From Clostridia bacterium (GTDB lineage: Bacteria > Bacillota > Clostridia > Oscillospirales > Acutalibacteraceae): DNA of 59,116 nt. The notes beneath the pieces were generated by a model that ran no database searches, was not told where the DNA came from, and was given only the letters and a program-made list of their open reading frames with translations. Below, piece by piece: positions 30,009 to 39,173 of this stretch (positions are counted from its first letter, which is position 1; every line of letters begins with the position of its first letter). The position numbers and the translations under genes are program-made. The stretch is taken from contig JAUMXZ010000001.1 of assembly GCA_030528905.1 (NCBI GenBank), forward strand, positions 1-59,116, read 5' to 3'.

Positions 30009-30757
30009 TAATTCTTAAAACTGAACGCGAACTGTCATATATGAGGTCCGCAGGAAGAATTGCCGCAAATGCACTGCAGCTTGCCGGGGAAAACATAAAG
30101 CCGGGTATATCTACACTTGAACTTGATGAAATTGTAGAGAAGTATATAAGAAAGAATGGTGCTACACCTTCTTTCTTAAACTACGGCGGCTTTCCGGCAT
30201 CTGCTTGTATATCACCAAACAATGTCGTCGTACACGGCATACCAAGTAAGAACTGCATCCTCAAAGAGGGCGATATAGTAACTATAGATGTGGGCGCCTG
30301 CTATAAGGGCTATCACGGAGATACAGCATATACCTTTGCCTGCGGCGAAATTTCCAAAGAAGCACAAAAACTTTTGGAAGTCACTAAGGAAAGCAGAAAA
30401 AGAGGTATAGAAAAAGCTAAAAAAGGCTTCAGAATAGGAGATATATCCAGTGCAGTCCAGGAGTATGTCGAGTCGCACAACTACTCGGTGGTACGGGATT
30501 TTGTCGGCCATGGAGTAGGTGCTCGACTACACGAAGAACCAAGTGTTCCGAATTTTGGAAAAAAGGGACGCGGAGTTCGCCTAATCCCCCATATGACCAT
30601 AGCAATAGAACCTATGGTGAATATCGGGAGCTATTATGTTGATGTGCTTGAAGATGAATGGACAACAGTTACACGAGACGGAAGCTTGTCAGCACAGTTT
30701 GAACATACTGTCGCAATAACAGAAGATGAACCTGTTATATTAACACTTCCGGGTTGA
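30005..30757 (+). CDS. map: Type I methionine aminopeptidase
   Basis: Metal ligand contexts DIVTIDVG, GYHGDTAYTF, FVGHGVG, TIAIEPM and QFEHTV. Confidence 0.96.
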   Translation: MIILKTERELSYMRSAGRIAANALQLAGENIKPGISTLELDEIVEKYIRKNGATPSFLNYGGFPASACISPNNVVVHGIPSKNCILKEGDIVTIDVGACYKGYHGDTAYTFACGEISKEAQKLLEVTKESRKRGIEKAKKGFRIGDISSAVQEYVESHNYSVVRDFVGHGVGARLHEEPSVPNFGKKGRGVRLIPHMTIAIEPMVNIGSYYVDVLEDEWTTVTRDGSLSAQFEHTVAITEDEPVILTLPG

Positions 30758-30769
30758 TGAGGTGAAACA

Positions 30770-31012
30770 GTGGATTATATAAGAGGCTTGGTCGTTAATA
30801 ATAAAGCCGGACGAGATAAAGGAAGATTTTTCGTCGTGATAAGCTGCGATGAAAAATATGCGGATATTTGCGATGGAAAATATCGCAGGCTGGAAAAACC
30901 AAAGCATAAAAATATAAAACATCTATCAGCAACAAAAACAGTTTTAAATGAGGAAGATTTAAAATCGAACAGAAGCGTAAGAAAAGCTCTCGCAGCTTTC
31001 AATAATAAGTAA
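30770..31012 (+). CDS. KOW-domain RNA-binding protein (small conserved gene between map and infA in Clostridia)
   Basis: GLVVNNKAGRDKGRFFVV KOW-like motif. GTG start after TGAGGTGA. Conserved position. Confidence 0.7.
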   Translation: MDYIRGLVVNNKAGRDKGRFFVVISCDEKYADICDGKYRRLEKPKHKNIKHLSATKTVLNEEDLKSNRSVRKALAAFNNK

Positions 31013-31039
31013 GTGCTTTTTGAGTCAGGGGGAATAAAA

Positions 31040-31258
31040 TTGTCAAAACAAGATGTAATTGAGATAGAGGGCATAGTAAAAGAAGCTCTACCAAATGCAA
31101 TGTTTAAAGTGGAAATTCCAAACGGACATGTAATACTTGCACATATATCCGGTAAGCTAAGAATGAACTTCATTAGAATTCTGCCGGGCGATAAAGTGAC
31201 AATGGAAATGTCACCTTACGATTTGACAAGAGGCCGTATTACATGGCGTTCAAAATAA
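31040..31258 (+). CDS. infA: Translation initiation factor IF-1
   Basis: [72 protein letters not shown] 31040 follows GGGGGA; the ORF-track start 31013 adds 9 non-homologous residues. Confidence 0.95.
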   Translation: MSKQDVIEIEGIVKEALPNAMFKVEIPNGHVILAHISGKLRMNFIRILPGDKVTMEMSPYDLTRGRITWRSK

Positions 31259-31274
31259 TGAGGAGGTATGTAAA

Positions 31275-31388
31275 ATGAAAGTAAGACCTTCCGTAAAAAA
31301 AATATGCGAGAAATGTAAGGTTATAAAACGTAAAGGTAAGATTATGGTTATCTGCGAAAACCCAAAGCATAAACAACGCCAAGGATAG
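31275..31388 (+). CDS. rpmJ: 50S ribosomal protein L36 (37 aa; below ORF-track size cut-off)
   Basis: AGGAGG at 31261-31266. Translation: [37 protein letters not shown]. Confidence 0.97.
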   Translation: MKVRPSVKKICEKCKVIKRKGKIMVICENPKHKQRQG

Positions 31389-31413
31389 CAGATAAAAAGG
31401 GAGGTACAAATAT

Positions 31414-31782
31414 ATGGCACGTATAGCCGGTATCGATTTACCGAGAGATAAAAGAATTGAAATCGGATTATCATATATTTACGGAATAGGCCGTAAAACA
31501 GCTACTAAAATTATACAGGCAACAGGTGTTAATCCTGATATAAGAGTAAGAGATTTAAGCGAAGACGATGCAAATAAATTAAGAGACTATATCGACAAGA
31601 ACTGCGTTGTAGAAGGTGACTTGAGAAGAAATATAGCCTTTGATATCAAAAGACTAATCGAAATTGGTTGCTACAGAGGAGTTCGTCATCGCAAAGGTCT
31701 GCCTGTAAGAGGACAGCGTTCAAAGACAAATGCCAGAACCCGTAAAGGTCCAAGAAAGACTATGGCAAATAAAAAGAAATAA
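31414..31782 (+). CDS. rpsM: 30S ribosomal protein S13
   Basis: [26 protein letters not shown]...[18 protein letters not shown]. Confidence 0.98.
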   Translation: MARIAGIDLPRDKRIEIGLSYIYGIGRKTATKIIQATGVNPDIRVRDLSEDDANKLRDYIDKNCVVEGDLRRNIAFDIKRLIEIGCYRGVRHRKGLPVRGQRSKTNARTRKGPRKTMANKKK

Positions 31783-31800
31783 GCTGTGAGGAGGTAAAAC

Positions 31801-32202
31801 ATGGCAGCACAAAAAGGAAAAAAGACAGTAGTGCGCAGACGTCGTGAACGCAAAAATATAGAGCGTGGAGCTGCACATATACAGTCAACTTTCAATAATA
31901 CAATCGTTACAATAACAGATACAAAAGGAAATGCAGTATCTTGGGCAAGTGCAGGAGAATTAGGCTTCAGAGGTTCAAGAAAATCAACTCCGTTCGCAGC
32001 TCAAAGCGCAGCCGAAACAGCAGCAAAAGCAGCTATGGAACACGGAATGAAAACAGTTGAAGTTTATGTAAAAGGCCCGGGAGCCGGAAGAGAAGCTGCA
32101 ATCAGAGCATTGCAGGCAACAGGACTTGATGTAAGCTTGATTAAAGACGTTACACCAATTCCACATAACGGTTGTCGTCCACCAAAGAGAAGACGTGTGT
32201 AA
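31801..32202 (+). CDS. rpsK: 30S ribosomal protein S11
   Basis: [18 protein letters not shown]...[14 protein letters not shown]...[17 protein letters not shown]. Confidence 0.98.
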   Translation: MAAQKGKKTVVRRRRERKNIERGAAHIQSTFNNTIVTITDTKGNAVSWASAGELGFRGSRKSTPFAAQSAAETAAKAAMEHGMKTVEVYVKGPGAGREAAIRALQATGLDVSLIKDVTPIPHNGCRPPKRRRV

Positions 32203-32227
32203 TTTTTAAGGGAGGTGCAAATATAGT

Positions 32228-32854
32228 ATGGCAAGATATACAGGAGCGGTTTGCAGACTTTGCCGTCGTGAAGGCAAGAAACTTTTCTTAAAAGGTGATA
32301 GATGTTACACAGGCAAATGCGCACTAAGCCGCAGAGCTTATGCTCCGGGACAACACGGACAAGGAAGAAAGAAACTTTCAGAGTACGGTATGCAGTTAAG
32401 AGCAAAGCAAATGACAAGAAGATATTACGGAGTTTTAGAAGGTCAATTCAGACACTACTATGAGTTGGCAGAGAAAAAACCGGGCAAAACAGGTGAAGAG
32501 TTACTCTCAATCTTAGAAAGCCGCCTTGATAACGTAGTATATAGATTAGGTTTTGCATCATCAAGAGCAGAAGCAAGACAGTTGGTAGTTCACGGACATT
32601 TTACAGTAAACGGAAAAAGAGTTGATATCCCATCTTTCTTGGTAAAACCGGGAGATGTAGTTGCTATATCAGAAAAAGCAAAGAAAAATGCAAAATTCAA
32701 ATCATTGCTTGAAAATGGAAACTCTAAAACAATAGTAAAATGGTTAGAACTCAACCGCGAGCTTTGTGAGGCAAAAGTTTTAGATAAGGCTAAGAGAGAG
32801 GATATCGATCTCGAAGTTGAAGAAACACTTATCGTTGAGTTGTACTCCAAATAA
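32228..32854 (+). CDS. rpsD: 30S ribosomal protein S4
   Basis: [31 protein letters not shown]...S4 domain [29 protein letters not shown]. Confidence 0.98.
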   Translation: MARYTGAVCRLCRREGKKLFLKGDRCYTGKCALSRRAYAPGQHGQGRKKLSEYGMQLRAKQMTRRYYGVLEGQFRHYYELAEKKPGKTGEELLSILESRLDNVVYRLGFASSRAEARQLVVHGHFTVNGKRVDIPSFLVKPGDVVAISEKAKKNAKFKSLLENGNSKTIVKWLELNRELCEAKVLDKAKREDIDLEVEETLIVELYSK

Positions 32855-32925
32855 TAGTATTTAAGTAGCTTAATTTATCGGGAAGAAAATAAGCAAGTTT
32901 TGCTCAAGCAAGGAGGAACATACTA

Positions 32926-33873
32926 ATGTTAGAGATAGAGAAGCCAAATATTACTACAGAAAAGCTGTCTACCGATGGCAAGTACGGAAGATTTGTAATT
33001 GAACCTCTTGAAAGAGGCTTTGGAGCAACATTGGGAAATAGCTTAAGAAGAGTTTTGCTTTCTTCTTTGCCGGGAGTTGCCGTAACATCAATAAAAATTG
33101 ATGGAGTATTACACGAGTTTTCAACTATTCCCGGAGTTAAAGAGGATGTTACTCAAATTGTGTTAAATATAAAAGGACTTACCGCAAAGCTTGAAAATAA
33201 TGAGCCTAAAACAGTAAGAATAGATGCGGTAGGACCGGGAGTTGTTACAGCTGCAGATATACAGTGTGACAGCGAAGTGTGTATATTAAATGAGGATATG
33301 CACATAGCAACATTGGCTGATGACGGAGAACTCTCAATGGAGATAACTCTGGACAGAGGTAGAGGGTATGTTCCGGCGGAAAAGAATAAACAGCTTATGG
33401 AGGAGAATATAATAGGAGTCTTGCCAATAGACTCAATTTATACCCCGGTGCTGAAAGTAAACTTTTTCGTGGAGAATACGCGTGTAGGTCAAATTACCGA
33501 TTTTGATAAGCTTACAATAGATATTTGGACAAATGGCGTTATAAATGCACAGGAAGCAGTTTCCTATGGTGCAAAAATTTTGATAGAACATTTCTCATTG
33601 TTTGCAAACCTTTCACAAGAAGATTTCGGAACAGAAATAATGGTAGAAAGAGAAGAGCAAAGCAAGGGACTTCTTGATGTAACTATCGAAGAATTGGATC
33701 TCTCTGTAAGATCATTTAACTGTCTGAAACGAGCAGGTATAGATACTATAGAAGATCTTATAGCGAAAACAGAGGGAGATATGATGAGAGTCAGAAACTT
33801 AGGTCGTAAATCTCTTGAAGAAGTTCAGAATAAGCTTAAAGAATTAGGATTTGAGCTAAAAGAAGAAGAATAG
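32926..33873 (+). CDS. rpoA: DNA-directed RNA polymerase subunit alpha
   Basis: [30 protein letters not shown], with the C-terminal domain [17 protein letters not shown]. Confidence 0.98.
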   Translation: MLEIEKPNITTEKLSTDGKYGRFVIEPLERGFGATLGNSLRRVLLSSLPGVAVTSIKIDGVLHEFSTIPGVKEDVTQIVLNIKGLTAKLENNEPKTVRIDAVGPGVVTAADIQCDSEVCILNEDMHIATLADDGELSMEITLDRGRGYVPAEKNKQLMEENIIGVLPIDSIYTPVLKVNFFVENTRVGQITDFDKLTIDIWTNGVINAQEAVSYGAKILIEHFSLFANLSQEDFGTEIMVEREEQSKGLLDVTIEELDLSVRSFNCLKRAGIDTIEDLIAKTEGDMMRVRNLGRKSLEEVQNKLKELGFELKEEE

Positions 33874-33901
33874 AGAAAAAATAGGGTAAGGAGTGAAATA
33901 A

Positions 33902-34291
33902 ATGGCCGTAAGAAGAAAGCTTGGAAGAGATGCAGCTCATAGAACTGCAATGCTCAGAGCATTGGTAACATTCCTTTTGGAAAACGGAAAGATCGAAACA
34001 ACATTACCAAGAGCAAAAGAGGTAAGAGGACTTGCAGAAAAAATGATAACAATGGCAAAAGTAAATAATCTGCACAATAAACGTTTAGCTCTTTCTTTCA
34101 TTACAAAAGAGGCTGTTGTTAAAGATTTGTTTGATACAATAGCACCTAAATATGCGGACATTAACGGTGGATATACAAGAATTACCAAATTAGGACCTCG
34201 CAGAGGAGATGCTGCTGAAATGGCTATTCTTGAGTTGATTGATGTGAAATCCGATGCACCAGAAGCAGAGGATAAAAAAAGCAATAAATAA
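33902..34291 (+). CDS. rplQ: 50S ribosomal protein L17
   Basis: [36 protein letters not shown]...[15 protein letters not shown]. Confidence 0.98.
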   Translation: MAVRRKLGRDAAHRTAMLRALVTFLLENGKIETTLPRAKEVRGLAEKMITMAKVNNLHNKRLALSFITKEAVVKDLFDTIAPKYADINGGYTRITKLGPRRGDAAEMAILELIDVKSDAPEAEDKKSNK

Positions 34292-34318
34292 GAAAAAGCT
34301 GAATGCTTTTAAAATATA

Positions 34319-34354
34319 GGGTATACGGATTTTTCTGTATGCCCTTTTGTTTTA
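34319..34354 (+). terminator. Rho-independent terminator after rplQ
   Basis: GGGTATAC (34319-34326) pairs with GTATGCCC (34337-34344). TTTTgTTTT follows. Confidence 0.75.
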
Positions 34355-34384
34355 TCATTTAATCGATTTGAAAGGAAAATTTTT

Positions 34385-35545
34385 ATGAATTATAATGAGG
34401 AAGCCTTAAAATTACACGAAGAAAAAAAAGGTAAAATTGAAGTATGTTCTAAAATAAAACTTGAGAATAAAGATGATTTAAGTATCGCATATACACCGGG
34501 AGTAGCAAAACCCTGCAGATGTATAGCAGAAAATCAAGATGATGTATATAAATATACGGCAAAGGGGAATTTAGTAGCAGTAGTATCAGACGGAACAGCG
34601 GTCTTAGGACTTGGAGATATAGGCCCAAAGGCTGCAATGCCGGTAATGGAAGGAAAGTCAATACTCTTTAAGGAATTTGCAAATATAGATGCGTTTCCAA
34701 TCTGCCTTGATACAAAAGATACAGAGGAAATTATAAAAACAGTTAAATACTTAGCTCCGACTTTTGGCGGCATAAATCTTGAGGATATAGCAGCTCCGCG
34801 TTGTTTTGAAATAGAGGAAAGATTAAAAAAAGAACTCGATATCCCGGTTTTCCACGACGACCAGCACGGAACAGCAATAGTCGTCTTAGCTGGACTTATA
34901 AATGCTGTAAAACTTGTGGGCAAGAAATGGGAAGATTTAACTGCAGTAATAAACGGAGCAGGAGCAGCAGGTATAGCAATTTGCAAACTTCTTATGGATT
35001 ACGGAATAGGTAATGTGATACTCTTAGACAGAAAAGGCAGCCTTGTGCCGGGAAGAGAAGCGATGAATCCGGCAAAAGAAGAAATTGCAAAAGTAACTAA
35101 TAAAAACAGGGAGTCAGGCGTACTTTCAGAAATCGTAAAGGGTAAGGATATATTTATAGGAGTGTCTTCAGCGAATGTTCTGACAAAGGATATGGTGAAG
35201 ACTATGGCAGACGACAGCATAATTTTTGCTATGGCAAACCCTGTTCCGGAGATTATGCCGGAAGATGCAAAAGAAGCCGGAGCAAGAATAATAGCTACAG
35301 GCCGTTCTGATTATGCAAATCAGATAAATAATGTTTTAGTGTTCCCCGGAATATTCAGAGGAGCATTGGACTCAAGAGCTAAAGCTATAACGCAGGAAAT
35401 GAAAATCGCAGCAGCAAAAGCTATAGCAAATATAATACAGGAAGATGAAATATCAGAAGAATATATAGTACCTAACCCACTTGATAAACGAGTAGCTAAA
35501 ATGGTATCAAAAGCAGTGTATGAAATAGGAATTACACAGAGGTAA
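34385..35545 (+). CDS. NAD(P)-dependent malic enzyme (short form)
   Basis: YTPGVA, VVSDGTAVLGLGDIGP, FGGINLEDI, FHDDQHGTA, NGAGAAG and MANPVPEI motifs. Confidence 0.92.
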   Translation: MNYNEEALKLHEEKKGKIEVCSKIKLENKDDLSIAYTPGVAKPCRCIAENQDDVYKYTAKGNLVAVVSDGTAVLGLGDIGPKAAMPVMEGKSILFKEFANIDAFPICLDTKDTEEIIKTVKYLAPTFGGINLEDIAAPRCFEIEERLKKELDIPVFHDDQHGTAIVVLAGLINAVKLVGKKWEDLTAVINGAGAAGIAICKLLMDYGIGNVILLDRKGSLVPGREAMNPAKEEIAKVTNKNRESGVLSEIVKGKDIFIGVSSANVLTKDMVKTMADDSIIFAMANPVPEIMPEDAKEAGARIIATGRSDYANQINNVLVFPGIFRGALDSRAKAITQEMKIAAAKAIANIIQEDEISEEYIVPNPLDKRVAKMVSKAVYEIGITQR

Positions 35546-35567
35546 AATGAAATAAATGTAAAGTAAA

Positions 35568-35602
35568 ACGGCAGCAGTAATTATTACTTGCTGCCGTTTT
35601 TG
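35568..35602 (+). terminator. Rho-independent terminator after malic enzyme gene
   Basis: AACGGCAGCAGTAAT pairs with ATTACTTGCTGCCGTT (one bulge). TTTTT follows. Confidence 0.85.
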
Positions 35603-35628
35603 ATGTGCTTAATTCCTAATAAAAACTT

Positions 35629-35646
35629 TGCAAAATTATTTGCAAT
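35629..35646. promoter_or_regulatory. 18-bp palindromic operator candidate (7-4-7)
   Basis: TTGCAAA-ATTA-TTTGCAA with perfect 7-bp arms, covering the -35 hexamer and the upstream part of the spacer. Confidence 0.45.
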
Positions 35647-35657
35647 ATGGTACTATA
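35629..35657 (+). promoter_or_regulatory. Candidate sigma-A promoter of the hydrogenase-sensor operon
   Basis: TTGCAA (35629-35634), 17-nt spacer, extended -10 TGgTACTAT (35649-35657). About 40 nt upstream of the DRTGG gene. Confidence 0.5.
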
Positions 35658-35698
35658 ATATGTGTTGAAAAATAAATTTTATAGCGGAGGTTTTTAGA

Positions 35699-36049
35699 AT
35701 GACGGTACGAGAAATTGCTGAAATTCTTCACGCAGAGATCATTTTTGAGGGAGATCTTGATGCAGAAGTAAAAAATGCGTGTGGCTGTGACTTAATGAGT
35801 GATGTGTTAGCGTTTGTAAAAGAACAATCTGTTTTACTGACAGGACTTCTTAATCCGCAGGTTATCAGAACAGCTGAAATGATGGATATGCATTGTGTAA
35901 TATTCGTCAGAGGGAAAACAGTAGCACCTAATATTGTAGCATTGGCAAAACAAATGGGTATAACAGTATTATCAACAAGCTTACGCTTGTTTACAGCCTG
36001 CGGCAAACTTTATCAGGCCGGGCTGCAAGGGGGTTATGAAAACGAATGA
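35699..36049 (+). CDS. DRTGG domain protein
   Basis: 116 aa. ACGCDLMSDVLAFV...VLLTGLLNPQVIRTAEMMD...IFVRGK matches the DRTGG-domain pattern. GGAGG SD. Confidence 0.7.
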   Translation: MTVREIAEILHAEIIFEGDLDAEVKNACGCDLMSDVLAFVKEQSVLLTGLLNPQVIRTAEMMDMHCVIFVRGKTVAPNIVALAKQMGITVLSTSLRLFTACGKLYQAGLQGGYENE

Positions 36050-36470
36050 TTCTTTAAAGTTGCACTACGAGGTGTCCGGAGATGACTTTATTTCAGCCGG
36101 TATAGCATCAAGTCGTGTAAAGAATAAACTAAAACAAATAGGCTACCCCCCTATTGCTATAAGAAAAGTTGCGGTTGCGATGTATGAAGCGGAAATAAAT
36201 ATGGTAATACACGCAAACGGAGGAACTATAGATGTAGATATAAATTCGGAAAGAATAAAGGTTATACTAAAAGATATAGGTCCCGGTATTCCGGATATAG
36301 AAAAGGCAATGCAGGAGGGATTTTCAACAGCTACAGACGAAATAAGAGAGTTAGGCTTCGGTGCCGGTATGGGACTTCCTAACATAAAATCTTATACTGA
36401 TGAGTTGAAAATTGATACAGTATTAGGTCAAGGTACGACCATAGAAATAACGGTATACTGTAAAAGTTAA
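36036..36470 (+). CDS. Anti-sigma-factor-type Ser/Thr protein kinase (HATPase_c, SpoIIAB/RsbW-like)
   Basis: N-box EAEINMVIHAN, G1 DIGPGIPD, G2 GFGAGMGLPN. 144 aa. Overlaps the upstream gene by 14 nt. Confidence 0.75.
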   Translation: MKTNDSLKLHYEVSGDDFISAGIASSRVKNKLKQIGYPPIAIRKVAVAMYEAEINMVIHANGGTIDVDINSERIKVILKDIGPGIPDIEKAMQEGFSTATDEIRELGFGAGMGLPNIKSYTDELKIDTVLGQGTTIEITVYCKS

Positions 36471-36493
36471 TAGTAAAATGGGAGTTGAAAAAA

Positions 36494-37804
36494 ATGACTA
36501 AATTTTTCCATTCCGTTATGTTAGAAAAAAATAAATGTGTTGGGTGTACAAACTGTGTTAAACGTTGTCCGACTCAAGCAATAAGAGTAAGAAATGGAAA
36601 AGCAGTTATACATTCAAAAAGATGTATTGACTGTGGCGAATGTATAAGAGTGTGTCCGCATAAAGCTAAAAAAGCAGCAACTAAAAAGATATCAATAATA
36701 AAAGATTTTGAATATACCGTTGCAATTCCAGACCCTTCGCTTTTTGGACAATTTAATAATTTAAAAGATATAAATGTGGTACTTACAGCAATTAAAAAAT
36801 TAGGTTTTAATTTTGTGTATGAGGCTTCAAGAGGAGCAGAATTGATAATGGATTCAATAAAAAAGCTCCTTGAGGAAAACAGGATAAGAACTCCTATTAT
36901 AAGCTCAGCTTGTCCTGCTATAGTAAGACTTATAAGACTTAGGTTTCCTGATTTATGCGATAATGTTCTTGAACTTGAAGCGCCGATGGAAGTAACAGCA
37001 AAGCTTGCAAAGGATGAGATTTCAGAAAAATATGGGATACCATTTGAGAAAATAAAGGCAGTCTTTATAGCACCTTGTCCTGCTAAAGTCAGCGCTGTGG
37101 CAGCACCGCTTGCAAAAGATAAATCTTGGGTGGATGCGGTTATTTCAATAGGCGATGTATATCCACTTTTGATAAGCGAGATGTCAAAGCTTTCAAAAGA
37201 TGATATAGAAGATATAGCAAAGTCCGGCTCTGAAGGTATCGGCTGGGGGGTAAGCTCAGCAGCCGCTCGTACATTTTTTAACGAGAAATATCTTGCGGCT
37301 GACGGAATAGAAAACGCAATAAGAATACTTGAGGAGTTAGAAGAATTCAGAATAAGAGGAATAGACTTCATAGAACTCTCAGCCTGTTCAGCCGGCTGTG
37401 TGGGCGGAGTTATGTGTGTTGAGAATGCGTATGTAGCAAAGGCTAAAATACACAAGCTAATGAAGGACCTGCCGCTGTTTAAAAATAGTGTAGACGGCGA
37501 AATACCTGACTTTTTAAGATGGGAAAAGGAACTTGAGTTTGAACCTGTTTTAAAGCTGTCAGAAGATGTGGGAGAAGCGATAGCTCTTATGGACAAGATG
37601 GATAAACTGTATGAGTCGCTGCCGGGTATGGATTGCGGATCGTGCGGAGCACCAACCTGCAGAGCTTTTGCAGAAGATGTCGTAATGGGCAGAGCTAAGC
37701 AAAATAATTGTATATATATTTTAAAAGATCATATAGAATATGTCATAGATACGCTTGAAGATACTTTGAAAAAACTCAAGGGGGTTACATTTGATGACTC
37801 TTAA
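36494..37804 (+). CDS. [FeFe]-hydrogenase-like (H-domain) putative sensory iron-sulfur protein
   Basis: N-terminal 2x[4Fe-4S] ferredoxin motifs (CVGCTNCVKRCP, CIDCGECIRVCP). Modified H-cluster motifs SSACPA (36902-36919), APCPAK (37070-37087) and ELSACSAGCVGGV (37373-37411). C-terminal CGSCGAPTCRAF Fe-S motif. ATG 36494 is preferred over the ORF-track TTG 36485. Confidence 0.75.
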   Translation: MTKFFHSVMLEKNKCVGCTNCVKRCPTQAIRVRNGKAVIHSKRCIDCGECIRVCPHKAKKAATKKISIIKDFEYTVAIPDPSLFGQFNNLKDINVVLTAIKKLGFNFVYEASRGAELIMDSIKKLLEENRIRTPIISSACPAIVRLIRLRFPDLCDNVLELEAPMEVTAKLAKDEISEKYGIPFEKIKAVFIAPCPAKVSAVAAPLAKDKSWVDAVISIGDVYPLLISEMSKLSKDDIEDIAKSGSEGIGWGVSSAAARTFFNEKYLAADGIENAIRILEELEEFRIRGIDFIELSACSAGCVGGVMCVENAYVAKAKIHKLMKDLPLFKNSVDGEIPDFLRWEKELEFEPVLKLSEDVGEAIALMDKMDKLYESLPGMDCGSCGAPTCRAFAEDVVMGRAKQNNCIYILKDHIEYVIDTLEDTLKKLKGVTFDDS

Positions 37805-38129
37805 TGATATAAAAGAAAAATTATCACTTGAAGTAATAGCAGGAGAAGATGGCCTGTCAAATGAAGTAAGCGGCTGTTATATTGGGGACTTACTAAGCTG
37901 GGTGCTGGGAAAGGCAAACTCAGGCGATGTTTTAGTAAGCGTTATGGGAAATTCAAATGCAGTAGCAGTCTGTTCAATGATAGATTTAGCGGGATTGATA
38001 TTAACAGAGAATTCACCGCTTGATGAAGATGCAAGAAAAAAAGCCGATGCATTTTCAATACCGGTTCTGACAACACCGCTTAATCATTACCAATTTGCAA
38101 ATGCTTTTTCAAAAATTTTCAATCAATAA
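37794..38129 (+). CDS. DRTGG domain protein (second copy)
   Basis: 111 aa, with the same overall pattern as 35699-36049 (GCYIGDLLSWVL...VLVSVMGNSNAV...LILTEN). Overlaps the upstream stop. TTG 37791 is an alternative start. Confidence 0.6.
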   Translation: MTLNDIKEKLSLEVIAGEDGLSNEVSGCYIGDLLSWVLGKANSGDVLVSVMGNSNAVAVCSMIDLAGLILTENSPLDEDARKKADAFSIPVLTTPLNHYQFANAFSKIFNQ

Positions 38130-38180
38130 GCTGATGATATCAAGGTTTTAATTTAAAAAGTTTATAAAATTGGTGGTAAT

Positions 38181-39173
38181 ATGGAAAAAAGTTATGTGTT
38201 GGATTGTGTTATGGGGTTTATAACGGGAGATTGCTTCGGGGCACAGCTTGACGGAGTGGATGTAAGAAAAACAGGAACAGGCCCGATTTATAAGCCGCAG
38301 GAGAAGAATGTTTATGGATTTCCGTTTGGAACTTTTACATCTGTTTCTTCTCTTATGCTGTGTTGCGCAAAGAGCCTTGCAAATGGTGTAGACTGCGATG
38401 ATATAATGGAGAATTTTTCAAAGTGGTATACTTTTGGTTATATGAGTCCTGCTAAAAGAGCTTTTGCTGTTGATAATGTGATATTAAGGTCAATTATAAA
38501 TTACAAAAAGGGTATTCGTCCGGCTGTAGAATGTGGAAAGACTAATGATTATGACAGTATAAACTCCGTTTTAAACTATATTTTACCGCTTGCCTTTGTA
38601 GTAAAAGATCTGTCGCAAAAGGATAAATTTGATACTATAAAGGAAGTCTGCAGGCTTACAAGCAGCAAAAAAGATTCACATATTGCAGCATCGCTGTTTG
38701 TGTTGTTTATCATAAACCTGCTTGAAAATAGAGATAAAAATAAAGTAAAAATCTTTAACGATACGCTAAAAGAGATATATATGTATTTTTTAAAAGATGA
38801 GGAGTATAAATACAGTTTATCTAAATGCGCAAAAATATTTTATGCAGCGGTAGAAAACAAGAACAAAGATATACTATATGAATTAGATACGCTAAGAGAC
38901 GCACTTGAAGTGGCGCTTAAATCCTTTTTTGAGCGTGATGGCGCATTTTTATCTATAGTTGACTGTGCAGGTTACGGCGGAGATTCAGCCTTAGCAACGG
39001 CTCTTGTAGGAGCTATGTGTGCAGCGTACAATGATGAAGATATGGATATGATTATTGATTGGCAGGAATATATAAATAAGATTCCGGAGATAGATGAAAT
39101 TTGCAACACCATTTACAGTAAATATATAGACAAGAATGACAAGCAGAACAAAGAACAAGAGGCACAGATATGA
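38181..39173 (+). CDS. ADP-ribosylglycohydrolase-fold protein with degenerate metal-binding motifs
   Basis: N-terminal GFITGDCFG (GDALG-like). GTFTSVSSL occupies the place of GxxTDDTxM, and GGDSALATALVGAM the place of GGDxDTxxAxxGA. The stop overlaps the next gene's ATG (ATGA). Confidence 0.6.
   Translation: MEKSYVLDCVMGFITGDCFGAQLDGVDVRKTGTGPIYKPQEKNVYGFPFGTFTSVSSLMLCCAKSLANGVDCDDIMENFSKWYTFGYMSPAKRAFAVDNVILRSIINYKKGIRPAVECGKTNDYDSINSVLNYILPLAFVVKDLSQKDKFDTIKEVCRLTSSKKDSHIAASLFVLFIINLLENRDKNKVKIFNDTLKEIYMYFLKDEEYKYSLSKCAKIFYAAVENKNKDILYELDTLRDALEVALKSFFERDGAFLSIVDCAGYGGDSALATALVGAMCAAYNDEDMDMIIDWQEYINKIPEIDEICNTIYSKYIDKNDKQNKEQEAQI

Noticed and set aside
36574-37596. 340-aa ORF on the minus strand antisense to the hydrogenase-like sensor gene. 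Similar long antisense ORFs occur at 17634-18287, 34534-34986, 26842-27276, 5206-5646 and 4366-4758.
   Set aside because: These are shadow ORFs opposite well-supported genes. Their composition is low-complexity and rich in S, I, F and A. They have no SD and no recognisable motifs.
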